A DNA stretch of 64,000 nucleotides from Styela clava (lineage: Eukaryota). Made by a program: the position numbers and the translations under genes. This document shows, piece by piece, positions 37,959 to 52,023 of this stretch. The stretch lies in the NCBI RefSeq assembly GCF_964204865.1, contig NC_135261.1, forward strand, positions 8,618,001 to 8,682,000, read 5' to 3'. The notes beneath the pieces are model-generated. The model made no database searches. It was not told where the DNA came from and saw nothing but the letters and a program-made list of their open reading frames with translations. Position 1 is the stretch's first letter. Every line of letters begins with the position of its first letter.

Positions 37959-40900
37959 ATGAACTGGATTGGTGGAACGAGGTGAGAAAATATTCTGTAA
38001 TATTTTGATCTTTCGAAGTGATGCGATAAAATGTTTGGTAATTGAACTACGAAGATCTACGAGCACGTTTATTAGTAAAAAGTTGTTAACTTCCTAAATT
38101 CTAACCAATGGAGCGCAGCATAACGATGCTAATATTGGTACATGAACTACTATGATCAAATAATTGGGTGCAAACTTTTACCTAAATGTATTAGACCATT
38201 ACACTTCCATAACCTCATTTGTTTCATTCCATCTGATAAGTTGTGCTATCTCAACTATAAGTAATTTACGGAGAATAAATGTGGCAAGTTAAATCGTATT
38301 TTTTTGTTTGTTTTTAGGAATCGCTTTCGAGGCCTGAATGACGATCAGAAAAAGCAAAAGGTTCGTTTTATGAAATAACAATCATTTATACCACATATAA
38401 AGTAAATCGTTTGATGAAATAGAAGTGAATTAACATCACAATTAATTTTTATTTTTCAAAAGTAGTTTACTGAATATCGATGCGAAATATCTTTCTATGG
38501 ATGGCTTTGCAAGACGTGTTCAATAAAATATGATAGTTCAACCATTCCAGGAAGGAGATATCAGGAGTTTAGAGTAGCGCGACGCATATTCCTCAACTTA
38601 ATCACCCTATATCACAGGAATTCTTTGAACGGAGAAGATTGGCAAATAGAGTCAAATCGGCAACATCTTTAACTACTCCAGCAGGAAAGAAGAAGAGTAT
38701 CAGTCGTGACATTTTACATTTACAATGTGTTAAACAGACTAAACGTTCTCCATTTAAAGGTCAGTGCCCCGACGTTTTCGTAATACTAACTCTACTGGGA
38801 CAAGGTATGATTCGTTCAATCGCATGTATTTATTGTCCTGGCAATCGTTCAATAGGAAATATCAGTTATTTCATTGTTCCCAGTTCAAATAATCCTGTCC
38901 CAAAACTACCCTGCTTTTCATTCAGATGAAGACGCCCCGTCGACGTGTAGTTCTGCTGAAACACGGAACTCTTCTCGACACGAAAGGTATATAAATATTT
39001 GAAATATGCATTTAGTTGGATTTTCCAACCTGGTATATAAACGCTTTAGCCCTTTGAAGATAATTCCTCGCGGCCACTCATTTTATTATTGTAAATTCGA
39101 TAATTCGACTTTAAAATCCTATTTAATTTATATATCTTTTAAGATCTCCTATCCATAGAGTAGTGAAACACATTGATCTGTCGCATGGAAGAAATAGATT
39201 CGGTAATATTGGTAAGAAGTCGTCATCTAATAGAAGTTTCAAGCACAAACTCCATCTTCCTAATGTTTCTCCGTGCAAACAACCATCTAACATCGAACTC
39301 GCAGACGCGACTGACGATGAACATTCCAATACCAGGCAGAGGTAATTGCTTTATTGTGAATTTGGGCGCGCGTGTTGTCCGCAAGTAGGGATAAGTTTAT
39401 TTGCATTCGGGGACTCAGGTAAAGTGCTAATATATCAATGATCGCAAATATTCTTTATACTAGAGTTATTGCATCATTTGCAACTTGGGATATGATTTTA
39501 TTCAGCGAAAAATGCAATAATTGCGGAATGATTATTGTGCTATATAATATGGCGGTAATTAAACAAACTTTGCGAAGCAGCTAAGGGTTCATTGATACTT
39601 CTAAAAATGTATCCAGAGCATCAGACATATATAGACTTTTTGACATAGATTGATTATTTATTAATTGAACTAAATATACTACTTCAAAACGATTCCACTT
39701 AGTCATAGAACAATAAAGATACATACACCTTCACATATTGCAGGCAATTCAAGCATTTACCTTCGTACCAATCAACGCCAATTGACCAATTTGCATCGCA
39801 GGTAAATCTTTTTTATAGTCTTTGCCATTATAAATGCACTTATAGTAAAAACGTCATGTGTGTCTATAAAGTTAAATTATAATAATGTTTTATTATATTT
39901 AAAGTGAAAATCACATGTGTGTTCGACATATCGATATATATACTTGGTATGATTTTGGTACTCTAACATTGGTTGGAGAACTAGCACAAGCTTTATCGAC
40001 ATATATGAGTTAAATAACGATCTTTTTCCATTTTAGAGATTGAATAGAAACAATATGGGAGGACGGCACCCCCGTGGTAAGTGGATCAGATTTTTTATAT
40101 TAAATTATAATAGAATTATTTGCTTCGACTAGCCTGTTTTATTGTTTCCATATAGCAATAATATTAGGTATATACTTTGAAATATTTTAAACAAGAGTGT
40201 AATTTTTTTAGGTGTTTCCAACTTCCAAGGAAGTGCATTGTCAGTTTCTACTCCAGTACTCTATGATGACATCTATGGGTAAGTGATAATCGAGGTTGTA
40301 TATTATGTAAGCTGACTTGAATATGCCCAAAACAATGATTTTTATGTAGTTGTGGATGTTGTACAGCGTACTATGAGGAAGGTCAATTATATAAATTGCC
40401 GACAATTTACAATGACGTCATTTATTTTTTAACTGTAATAATTTTATTTCGCTGTATAGTGATCCGATAAAAATGACATTTAATTAACAGTGACGAACAA
40501 AAAAAATCGAAGCTTTATATACAATATTTTGATATGACCATGTGGGGAATAATGGGATTTTTCTTCGAACTTTGTGTTATTCGGATCAACGCATTTTTGG
40601 CCTTGCCATACCTGCGATTTAAAAATGTTTTGAATTTTGATACTGTTATAAGTCAGTCAATTTCACTAATTTAAAGCAAGGCTCATTTTATTTTTTTCTC
40701 ACTGGTATGAAGATCACGAGAAAAAGTACTTGAAAGCGCCAACAAACGATTTTATGGAAATATTCCCGATTGTGAAGAATCATTCATATGTGAAAGATCG
40801 CGAAGTGAAAAGAAGGTCAATTTCTCGCACATCAATGAATGTTACAGGTTTTCTTCTCTTTTTGAACACTTCTAGGATTTCCTAGTTTCTTATACCATTC

Positions 40901-43565
40901 AAAGCAAAGTAAGTGACTGGGATGTTCAACGCAACAAAAATACTGGTATAGTTTCACTTGTCAATATGGACAATTTGTCGAGCGAGTATGATTTTTTTTC
41001 TTTTTTCGATTTTGAGTACAACGTTAATTCCTGTAATTTCGAAGTTCACTTTCAAGGCGATATTCAGATATGAATATTTTTTTATTTCTGTAATAGAATC
41101 TGCCCATAAATGTTATCAAAAATAATGATATCTAAAAAGTAAAAGTTTTATATCAAGAATTACTCATAGATGAGAAAAAAACTGTTAGGAAATAAATCAC
41201 AACGTTTGATCAAGCAGTCATTCATGATCAATTAGCATTTTTTGTTATTAATTATTACATCTCTCTGTTCTAGCTTAACAAGTGACAGCGAAACCAGGAG
41301 CGATCCTCATTCATGCTTCGACGTGAATTTTTTACTAGGTGCTGGTACTTCTACTGGCATTCAATATCCATCTCCAGCAAGTTTTGACATGATGGAGAGC
41401 GCTACGTTTCCCCAAATTCTTGATGAAGTCAAAAACAAACATTTATCCTACCCAACTCCGGTTTATAACAACCACGAGGAGTTATTCAATAGAGCAATCA
41501 GTTTTAAAAATACTTTTGGAGAAACGGATAGAATACTTCATGGCAGTCCTAAAATTTTACTTGAAAATTTGAATGTGGACGCTCTTCTCACATCACAGCA
41601 AAAGTCATGCTCTGACTTAATATTTGAACGTTTGGCCAACAATGACATATGTGGAGGAAAACGGGAAAAGGACAAATTCACGAATCCAATGTTTGTTGGA
41701 ATTGACGATACGCCTATCTTAGGCAAGGTGTGTCATTTTAAATTCGGTTGGAATATATAGAAATATGATGTAATATAATACTTTTGCCAATTTTTAATTA
41801 AGTAACAGTGAAAGTTGTGAGAAGTTTTAGTTAATTAAACATGTGTCTTAAGCAAAACTTGATACACTTTTGGTTGGTAGGACGCTGTTGAACTGCTATG
41901 AGCTACACGGTTATCTGATTGCTAACAAACTACGTCTCTATGATGCTGTTTGAAATTGAAGCAAATTCAAGTTCGGTTGCATTTGTAAATCGCTCATATT
42001 TTGTTCAGAAAACGAAAATTACAGTTCGATTTTATCAAAGCGATTTGTATTGCTTCAAATATTTTTTTTTATTCATTCTTTCCGTCTTAAAATTTGTAAA
42101 TGATCCCTCATAATAGGGGCCACGTTTCCAGGAGCGACCATTCACATGGATATCGGACGAAGAAGAGGTCAAATTTCATAATTTCTCCTCAGAAGAGTGT
42201 GCAGATGAAAGTCTTCAAAAATGGCTAAAATTTCGACCAAGACAGCTGGATTCTTCTTCTGGTGTTCCAAACAATAACATATCCTTGTCATTCACCCCCA
42301 AAACAAAAATTGAACAGATTGGTATAGTGGCAGAAAATAACATAGCTTCCGAGAATATTCCCAACTCTTATAGCCCGGAATGTCGAAATCGTACACTGAC
42401 GGAAACGCCAAAGTTGAAGAATCAACGATCTCATAATAGCATTACAGACGCGGTGCAGGAATATAACCCAAACGAATCTTTTGTCTCAAAAGAAGGAAGA
42501 GTCAATCTTTGTGATCTGTATGCAAACAATGAGTCGTTCTCTACAGTAGCGAAGTATTCTAGCAATCAACATGAAAGTATAAAACATGGGTCGAGCGGAA
42601 ACGTTATCACTCAAAATGAAGATACTATACCTGATCATTTGAAAGAACCTTGTTCAAGTGCAAAATATAACACTGGAACGAATATAAAATCTGAGATTTT
42701 TGACAATGAAAAATGTACTGAAGTTTATAATATGGAAACCAGTTGTTTTCCTTGGATTATCAACAAAGACGACGGTCTTGCTTCAGAGTTTGATATGAAA
42801 GACAACACTAGTAACGAAAATTCGATGAGTTTAGTTAAGATTTTGACAGGAACTAAAACACCTGTAGAATTGGAGGAACAGGAAAGTCAACAAATACAGT
42901 CAGAAGTATGTAAAAACCAAAAAGAGACGCCCATTGGTATATTCAACCTGGCGAACATAATGCAAATAGACGGTTTCAAGTCGAGTGAGGTAAGCGAAAA
43001 AAATTTAAACAACGAAGTAACTATGATTCTGTCACAAGCGGTGGAGAAGCTGAATGAATCTTTGGGCCAAACAAATGATGGAAGCATAATGGCTTATAAT
43101 GAAAATATAACAACAACGGAAGTCGCAATCCAGAATGTCACAACTGGGGAAGAAGATAAATACATAGATGCAAATCACGAAATTTTATCAAATTGTCGAG
43201 TTCAAACGGCTACAAAATATCTGGACAAAGCGTCTTCGCCGATTATATGCTATACAAAATCCATCAGCAGTACTAAAGCAACTCAAACTGAAGAAACCCA
43301 CAAAGGTTTGGATTCGTCAGTTGAATTCAGCAATGCTTGGATTCAAACTGAACGCTATAGCCCACCATGTTCGGACGTTTGCAAGTTCCACCCTAGAGTG
43401 GAACTTGGTGTGGACGTGAGAGACTGTGTTACTCTGAATCACGGAAGCGCCGTTATCAAACGGCGGAATGAATCTTCTGCTTCTCAAAGCTCTGACGATT
43501 CGGTATTATACGGAAAATCGTCATCGTACAAGAAAAGACGAAGTAAGCGAAAAAGAAAAATTTAA
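37959..43565 (+). CDS. REDIC1: Regulator of DNA class I crossover intermediates 1 (C12orf40) orthologue, multi-exon with a long low-complexity last exon
   Basis: Exons 37959-37981, 38318-38360 and 38618-38759 give MNWIGGTRNRFRGLNDDQKKQKEFFERRRL...SISRDILHL, matching the conserved MNWVGGSR...KQKEYFEK...SLDILNL N-terminus. Later exons lie near 38926, 39143, 40037, 40212 and 41273-41727, with the terminal ORF ending at 43565; internal exon limits are approximate. Confidence 0.85.
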
Positions 43566-44847
43566 GGTTTTAGGAAGTGAACGAGTTAACGCCGTCTTTA
43601 AATGGTGTATGATACACGGTGATTTGCGTGACGAGTGCAACAACGATCGTCATCGTTCTTTATTTCCAGGTTACATAGATATCCAATATAGTAACTATTT
43701 TTTCATCGCAGAAAAGTGTTTTAAGCCCGTCACCAAGAAGAACAGATCGCATTTCCATTACAAAATAGCAAAACACAAACGACAACAGAATTGTAAGCTA
43801 GAAAATTTCCTCCAATGAATCGATATCTCAATTGCTAATATATAACATATTTGCATGTATACAAATACATACATTTCTTTACACCGTTTTTTTTAAAACT
43901 TCTGTGTTTTTCATAAAATGGAATTTTTTTCGTCGTTCAATTGTTCCCTTGTTTTTTATTCTGTTTTCAAGAGATGAAATGTTTACATTTTTTATTAGAT
44001 TCCGTTTTGAAATATACCTTACAGTAAATAAAACGGCTCACTACTGCTTGTAGTAATCCATATACTGTCGGTCATGAATATTAGTATGAATAAAAGTCTT
44101 CTTGGCACCTATTTATCGCTGGAACGCATACCCAATGTGTACAAATGAATACCACATCAGTATGGACCTTAACCAAATTCAAAAGACAACTATAAATATG
44201 AATGATCAAAAACTAGGCTTGCAAATTCAATGGATGTGAATCAGGACTTTCTGCCCCATTTATCCGGAACTGCTCTTGCTGATTAATAAACTAGTTATTG
44301 TCACTATAAGTAGAGGTTCCCACTTGTCCAACAAATTTCTCTAATAAAAGCTTCTCCCACCCCAAATAACCATTTTGTTGAATTCCACCTATTCAGCAAC
44401 TCTGATTGACTTGCTCTAGGTTGGGCATCAATCAATATTTGATATTTCTAAACATAAAGAGAGTTCTTGGTGCAACTGTGGGCTTTTACGATTCTTATAT
44501 CAGTATTCAGTAACTGTGTACTTTCAGCTTTGGTGGCCAGAAACTTTGGGGATTAAATTACTAGGCAGAATTATGAAATGTTAAATCGAGATGATATTCT
44601 TAGTTATGGAATATCAAATATATTCTTGAATATTTTGAATATATTAGATTCATTTCCCTATCAATACTTCTACCTGCTCAGTAGGATTATGTATCAGTTC
44701 AGCAAGTCACTTCCTGATAAATCAATAAGATTCTATTAGGTTGGAATTGCTGTTGACACCAAGAAATAATAATATGCCAACTTGTACAATAATGGCTTCT
44801 AAGAAGAATGAGGTCCAAACTTAAGAAATAAAAGTGTAATTAGGCAA

Positions 44848-45922
44848 CTAAAATTGAACCAATATAGATTGCACAATATCATTAAGAATATCATTACGGT
44901 TATGCTTTGTAACCTCAAATATTTTCACACGCTTGTCTTCCCTAATGCTTTCCACAAAAGGAATTCCTCTTCCTCTTTTGACTGGAATTGTTCCCAAAAC
45001 AATAAACTCATTATCAGAATCTTGTAGTATTTTACGAGTTTTACGCTTGAATCTTTCACTGAATAGTTCCATTTTACCAACTTCATCAATGATATATAGA
45101 TGTTTTGAATCACTAGTCTCTTCCAACAATGGTAAAACACAATCCTCAAAAGAAGCAACATCAACCGTATACTTCCCAACCATCGGTCCTTTTTTTGAAA
45201 CTGAACATCTTGCAAGAGGAGCTTGCTTTCCACATAAAGTCACAATGTCAAATCCAATTCTAAAAAACCACACATTGGTTAGCACGGAGATGCTAAAAAC
45301 ATAGATCGCATGTAGTTTCATTGAAATATGTCTGTTTATCTATGTTTTAAGATTATTCTGTAAATATTTTGCTCGGCCCAGCTTGAGGTTAGTTGATTGA
45401 AAGCACACTTTGATGGTTTGTTATAACCTATTATCATATACTGTTTACTTGAACTAATACCTATTAAACATGCAGAATTTGGAAGACATTGTATAGCTCA
45501 GTACAAAAGGTAGATCCAATTTTTAAATAATAAAAGTCTTTTATATTTGAGTATGAAACTGCATTTATGAATATAATCAATTTCGACTTGATTTATAGAC
45601 TGGCAAAATGAAATTAAATGAGTAAAATAGGCCTATATCAGTATATACAAATTAAGTCCAATCTACTGATCTAGGCTATACCGGTATCGGCATGTCATCT
45701 GTAAACAAATAAAATATGAAGATGGTTATCTTGAAAATAATGTAAATGGATAACACATAGTTTCGCACACCTTTCATTTCCATTTCTCCTCTCTTTCGTA
45801 TAGAAACCAGAAATTGAAATCACGCTTTCCTTTATATTGGCAATTGCTTTCTCTATTAATGTTGTCTTCCCCACTCCAGGTAATCCGGTAAGAAATATAT
45901 GGCATCTACCTGATGACTGCAT
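44848..45922 (-). CDS. NTPCR: Cancer-related nucleoside triphosphatase homologue (THEP1/C1orf57); exons 45922-45771 and 45259-44848
   Basis: Walker A LTGLPGVGKTT, GFYTKE.R, RIGFDIVTL, VGKYTVD, IIDEVGKMELFS; phase-2 GT-AG intron. Confidence 0.93.
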
Positions 45923-46223
45923 GCTCCATTCCAGCTTGAAAATTATGGTACTTGTTGGAAGAAAACACAGTTAACCTTTAGAACTAATATTAATTAGGAA
46001 CATGTTCAATCACCTAAAAGTATTAAATTAATTCACGCAATTCAATATTTTTGATAAGTCTGCTTAATCGGGGAATACCCTATTGTCATTGAGCAGGCCG
46101 ACAATGGAGGGTATTCATTATCGCCGCTGAGCGTCGCCATTTTGTTTTCATGTGGGCATGCGCGGAAAAGTACTGTCTTCTGCTTCCCCGCGACGTTGGA
46201 CTGGTTTGGGCTTTCCGATTGCA

Positions 46224-46379
46224 ATGGCGGCTCGTGCGTCTGGTGGTTTCAAATTGCATTGCTGCGTACCGTTGTGTAATGGCGATAGCCGTTACTCACC
46301 AGATCGTTCCACTCTTTCCCCAAAAATGAAGAGAGCGTGGATTCACAGTATTCGTCGCGATTCTGGTAAACATTTTCAA
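46224..46379 (+). pseudogene. THAP zinc-finger N-terminal exon, decayed (DNA transposon-derived)
   Basis: HCCVPLCNGDSRY...RAWIHSIRRDSGKHFQ followed by a GTAAGT donor; the canonical SFHSFPK motif lies in a shifted frame. Confidence 0.72.
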
Positions 46380-48229
46380 GTAAGTCAGTATATTGTGGCA
46401 AATATTTTTTTCTTCTGGTTTTAATTTTAGTTTTGACCCTGATTTTCTCTTCTCGCTTCTACTTTAGTTAATAGGCTATATCTATGCGGTTGTAGGCTAT
46501 ATGTGGGTGTATTTAAGGTGAGCACAGTCCACGATTTTCTTTTACAGTTTTAGCAACAATTAATTTAACTAATGATTTGGTTTCTACGAGACTAACTACT
46601 TATCCTTCTTCTATGCTTTTGTGCAGGCGGATCGGTATGCATATATTGCAAGGATGCTGTAGCAAGAGTAAAGATAACTATCCTAAGTGATTCAAGAGTC
46701 TTGCTGTGAGTCTTAGTGTGCAGCAAGACTCTTGAATCACCTAATTAAATTAATTTAACTTCTGCTCTTTTCAAATCTTAGTTAGGGCTCTTCTGATTCT
46801 GTAGAGTGTAGACTAATAAGTGTTTATTTTGTCAATATCTTCCTGGTGTACTGATTATGGTAATCAAGCTAAACTTAATAACCTATAGTTATTAAGTTTA
46901 GTTAATCTTCTGTAGTTTGTATTGCGCGTTGTTGGATGGTTAACCAAGCCCGTGGAACTCCGGAATTTAGTCCCGGTGTTGAATTCGCCGACACGCTTGA
47001 CTTGGTGCTGACAGATTATTATTGCTTCGAAAATCATTGTGCGACTCTCTGCGTTTTTCTGTGTTCTGACGGCGCTTTCTCGCGTCAAGATTAAGTGAGT
47101 GACTTATAAATATTCAAGTTAGTTGTGCACATGGGATATTACACGATATACTTGACTATAAAACTGATAGAATGCAGATTACAAAACAAAATAGAAGAAC
47201 AATCAATTGGGTGGGAAGGCCCTAGGACCGGTCCAGCACTCGAAAGCACATTGACAGTACGGTAAGATTTTAAATTCACTTTGAAGCTCCCATGAGTAGA
47301 GAGCCGCTATGTGCTACGATTGTTCAGCATAAAAAAGAATAAGTTGTAAATGTTTTTATAGGTACCCAATACAATAATGATTTGTCAAGGATATAAATTT
47401 TGAGAAGAGATATGTATATTTTCGGATCATAAAAAAGTTGCAGTGTGAGGATTTATGCTGTGTGATCAAAGCAGTAAACAAGAATATAAATTGACTGATG
47501 GTTGATGCTTTATCTCAAAAATCAAAATTAGCTTACACCATATCAATGAAAATATTTTTGGTGGAGCAACTAAAACTGTCAGCAAAAAAAAGAAATGTGG
47601 TGAGCGATACCACCCTGAAATTGTGACGTCTGTATGAAAAACATAAATTAAACACACATATTTTAACTTCAATTAATTAGTGTTTTATGATGGAGTTCTA
47701 TTGATCTTGATAATTTTTTCCCATACTCATTCTGTCATTGTGTACGAAGTCACCAGCTGCATATTACAACATAAGAGGCGTTTTACGTTTGCCATGATAA
47801 TTCATTTTGCTTGATTTCAGGCTGGTACTAATAACTTTTTTCACATAAATTGGATACCTATTATCTAAACATGGCTTCAATTTCAACATATATATATATA
47901 TATATCTATAATTTTAGATGTGCCAAAAAGTTTTGAATTATTTTGTCGAGTGTTTTTAGATTATTGATTTGTGATCAATGACAATAACTTTTTTGCTACT
48001 GCAAAATCCACCACATTTATTGAATACATCAATATTTCTCCTGGAACCGTTACATTTTATTAATTCCAATTTGTTTTGTGGGGTATTCACATTTTTGTTT
48101 TGAATAATACTTTGTCAAAGTGGCTGTTATACTTATATATACACACATACATGCTTAGATGGTAGACAAGGTTCAATTGTTGTGGGCAATTTATTTCAAA
48201 ATACTCTAACTAAAATATAAATTTTTGCA

Positions 48230-48650
48230 GACGTCTCGAAACTCACTTTTGAAGAATGATTTGCTGTCGCCAGATGGGCTTTTGGCATAGAAACGCATCT
48301 AGAGGGAATTTATGAAGATATTTGTATTTTATCATTAGATCTATCTCCTATTGAGCATTTAAATACTTGGATCATGATTATTATTTCTAAAATTACCAAC
48401 AGTAGGCCTATTCGGGTCATTAATAACAGATGAACCGGGGAAATTTTTCTTTGTAGGTTCTTCCTGCATCTGTTGCTAGAATTTCGGAAATGTCTGAATT
48501 TGAAGCAACTGCCAAGTTTTGCGAACTGCAAAATACCTTTTTTTGACATATGCAACAGCATTACTGACGTGGATTCCCTCAAAAACGGAAATCTACTACT
48601 ACTCTCTGAAACATCTGGACACAAAAGACTGCAGTAGATCAGCTAAAATT
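48230..48650 (+). pseudogene. P-element/THAP9-like transposase remnant
   Basis: TSRNSLLKND...GLLA*KRI* and VLPASVA...EFEATAKFCELQNT(fs)FFDICNS resemble P-transposase K..RNNLL...W.HI and T..F....N..FD..NS blocks; contains stops and a frameshift. Confidence 0.6.
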
Positions 48651-48672
48651 TCATAAATTATTTTACACACTG

Positions 48673-48862
48673 AAAGTCTACAACAGGTGATTAGCTCAAG
48701 GATTTTTTAACAAAATAAATGCTATACAGCTACATGCAACACACTTTGTAGTCATATTTAAAAAACAACAAAGTCTACAACAGGTGATTAGCTCAAGGAT
48801 TTTTTAACAAAATAAATGCTATACAGCTACATGCAACGCACTTTGTAGTCATATTTAAAAAA
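48673..48862. repeat. Two-copy tandem duplication, about 98 bp
   Basis: AAAGTCTACAACAGGTGATTAGCTCAAGG...GTAGTCATATTTAAAAAA twice with one visible mismatch. Confidence 0.9.
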
Positions 48863-50384
48863 AAAACATTTCATTGCTTCTCCAGCGTATGAAGGGCTCC
48901 AATTACTGGTACCTTCAACATGTGATATACCATATTAGACCAAACATCTGTCAGACCCCCCTTTAAGTGTAAAATAAAAGTCTTCTAAATTGTTCTACTA
49001 TATCATACATATAAATATTTGTGGCTTGAAACACTTTTTAGAGTTGACCATCGGGACTATTATAAACTAACATTTGCCGGCTTCCGATCAGATCTGCTAG
49101 GTGTTTTGGTCTAACTTGTCAATTAAAAATTTCAGACCCCTCCCCTTCAAAATCTTCAGTTATGCCCGTAGGGCCTCACCCTAAATATTGAATGAATCGC
49201 CAAAAAATGTTCAGTTTAAAAAATGCATATTTTGCAGGTCGCGGGGCTGGGAATCCATCGGTGCTCCGATATATATTTAAGGGTTAACTGCCAAAGCCTG
49301 GTTCTCAATAAAAACTGTGTCCTGACAATCAAACTTTTAGAACTCCACAAAGTACAACACAAAATGCATGCTTACAGAATGCATGCTTGAAAATGAAAAA
49401 CCGCATCAAACTAAAATCCCCAACAGTAAATTAAAGCAATTCACGACGAAAATTCTGTGTCGCTCACAGCGAAACGCTGTTGAATGAATACCAGAGTTGC
49501 ATGTAGACAGGCTTTCTTTAGGAAAAATACAAACAATGACATGATCCAACTAACTACAATAAATTATAATTTGAATGTTTTTATTCTGGCATTGTCATAT
49601 GTTGTGTATGGAATTTTTTTTTCTAGAAACTTACCTCATCCAATACTGAAATCTACTATAATACATCATATTTAAAACTACTATAATACGTGATACTGAA
49701 ATTAAATTACTGGGTAAACCTCGGATGAAACCCTTGGGGTGAATCATATATACTGCAGCAGTACCAGGGGATTTCCGACTAAATATGGAAATCTCAACCG
49801 TTTCAAGTATGTCTGTGAAGTCACGACCTAGAATCTAGATCGACAGCGACCACCGAAGCAAAGATAAAACGACAATGCTACGGTCAAGTGCACGGAGAAT
49901 TTCATAGTGAGACTGCCGAGTACTTACAAGCAACCCTTTCTAGAATTTTTATATTTATCCTAGGCCAGGGATGGGCAACCTTTTTCGGCTCGCGTGCTAA
50001 AATCGACTAAATTTACCCACAAAATTCTTCCGCGTGCCGACCAAAATTAAAAACAATGCTTTGCTATTTTCAATACAAAAATACACAATAATAAACCTTT
50101 TAAACATGTACAGACAAATTCTCAGACAGACAAATATATTTGATTACTTTTCTTATTCTATATCAGTGAGACTTCTTCTGCTGCATTGCCGCTGATAGAG
50201 ATTTTACATTGGAATTATATTTTGTAACTTTCAAAGATATACACAAACTACTGGTTTCATCTTCCAGGCTACTCCTGTTACGAAACTTAATAAAGTTCAT
50301 ATCTGAGAACAGAGAAGACAAGAAAATTTTCGGGAATGGCATCCCAATCACGCAATAGTTCGTTCTTCACTTCTCTCCTGCATT

Positions 50385-50716
50385 CCGGTGCGGCGCGGCT
50401 CATCGTGATAAGCGTTAGGAATACGCTCGCCACCGCATCACTAATTACTCTGCGAGGGTTCGCAGGTTCGAATCCCATGCGGAATGGTTGTGTGCGAGAG
50501 GATTGCTGGACTCCTCGCCGCCGTAGGGTGGTTTACGTAACCGCTGGTTGGTTACGGCTTCCTCCACCGTCAAGTCCATGCTTCCGAAAAACAAGTAGCT
50601 AACTAATCCCAAACCCGACATGGAATGGTAACCGGACGAGAGGCCGTGGTTCGCCATATGAATAAGCCGTCTTGTCGGCTTTCCTTTCCCCCGGGATAAA
50701 TATGTAAATTCTATTA
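50385..50716 (+). mobile_element. tRNA-derived SINE, longest copy in the window
   Basis: Degenerate A box, B box GGTTCGAATCC; body matches the reverse complement of 6875-7169. Confidence 0.85.
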
Positions 50717-52023
50717 TAAAAGAAATTGATAAAACAGTGAACGTCTAGCTAAATTTCAACCTAAAAATGGCCAAATTATACCTCTTGGGGTAGTTACCCC
50801 TAGTTGGGAAGCACTTCCATAGGTAATGATACGCACCACTGCTTTGTTGTGGTTCGGCACTGGCAAAAAAAGCAATAAAAATTTCTCATTGTTCACGCTC
50901 GGTTGATTTTCTATTGTGACGTGCTACACACAAGGGTCAAATTACTGTACGAACCCTGCATTTGCAACGTTATTTTATGTTTGTGACACGTGTAAATCAG
51001 TACCGGTACCCTTTATTAAGTTAGAAAAAGCTGAAACAGGTAGCCTATATATTTACTCATACGTTTAGGGATAACTCGCATTATATCACATTCTCGATGA
51101 CTGATTCAGCGACATCCACTTACAGACTTAACTTACCTGTATATAGATGTAAGTTACCTTGCAATGCAATTTATTTCACTCATTTTTTACATCCAATGGA
51201 ACTGTCACTTGTCTATCTATATGCATTTCAGCATCGACAGTCAGATAGGAAAAAAATTCATTATTTGGATCCAGGAATTACAGTGAAATACAGAGATATG
51301 TCTGAATTCTGTCTGTAGTTAGACATGGTTTGCTTTGACCCGTGCAGCTGTGTGTCTGCTAATAGGGTACTGCGCAATAAAATAAAATGTAAGCACATTC
51401 TGAAAATGTCACCATTAGATTCCTTAGAAAAAATTTAATCCTTATTTACCAAAGAAAAAAAAAATTACTGTAGCATTCAAGGGTTTTTAAGAAAAAGAAC
51501 GCAATCTTGATAATCTGCAGGCCAACGCAGTCACCAATGATTTAAATTATTACTGAAACACGCTTGACATGATCTGGCGCATTTGATGGCGTGCCAGAGG
51601 CCCTCATTTCAGAGAAAAATACGGTGTTTGTTTTATTGAACCAAACGTCACTACATTTTGCAATTGGAGAACTGTTTTTCTATTGATTTAAGGTTTCATC
51701 AACTGCTTTTGAGATCTTATATCTCATCCAAGCTGATTGAATATGTTGGTATATTTTATTACTGTAATCTTTCCAATTGCTTTGTGAAAAAATACATTTC
51801 AGTTTTGAGCATCTTTGATATTTTGGAGGTCAGCAAATGAGGAGAATTCCAAGTCTTGAATATTGCGGCCACTGATGAATATTCAATTAAAGTAGTTCTT
51901 TCCTTATGAATAATTTACAAGAGTTTTTACTACCAAAGCACAGTTGCGCCACAATGACAGAATGAGATTTCATTAGTTCAACAACATTCTCATTCCAGAT
52001 AAATGTAAATGGAGTAAAGAAAG

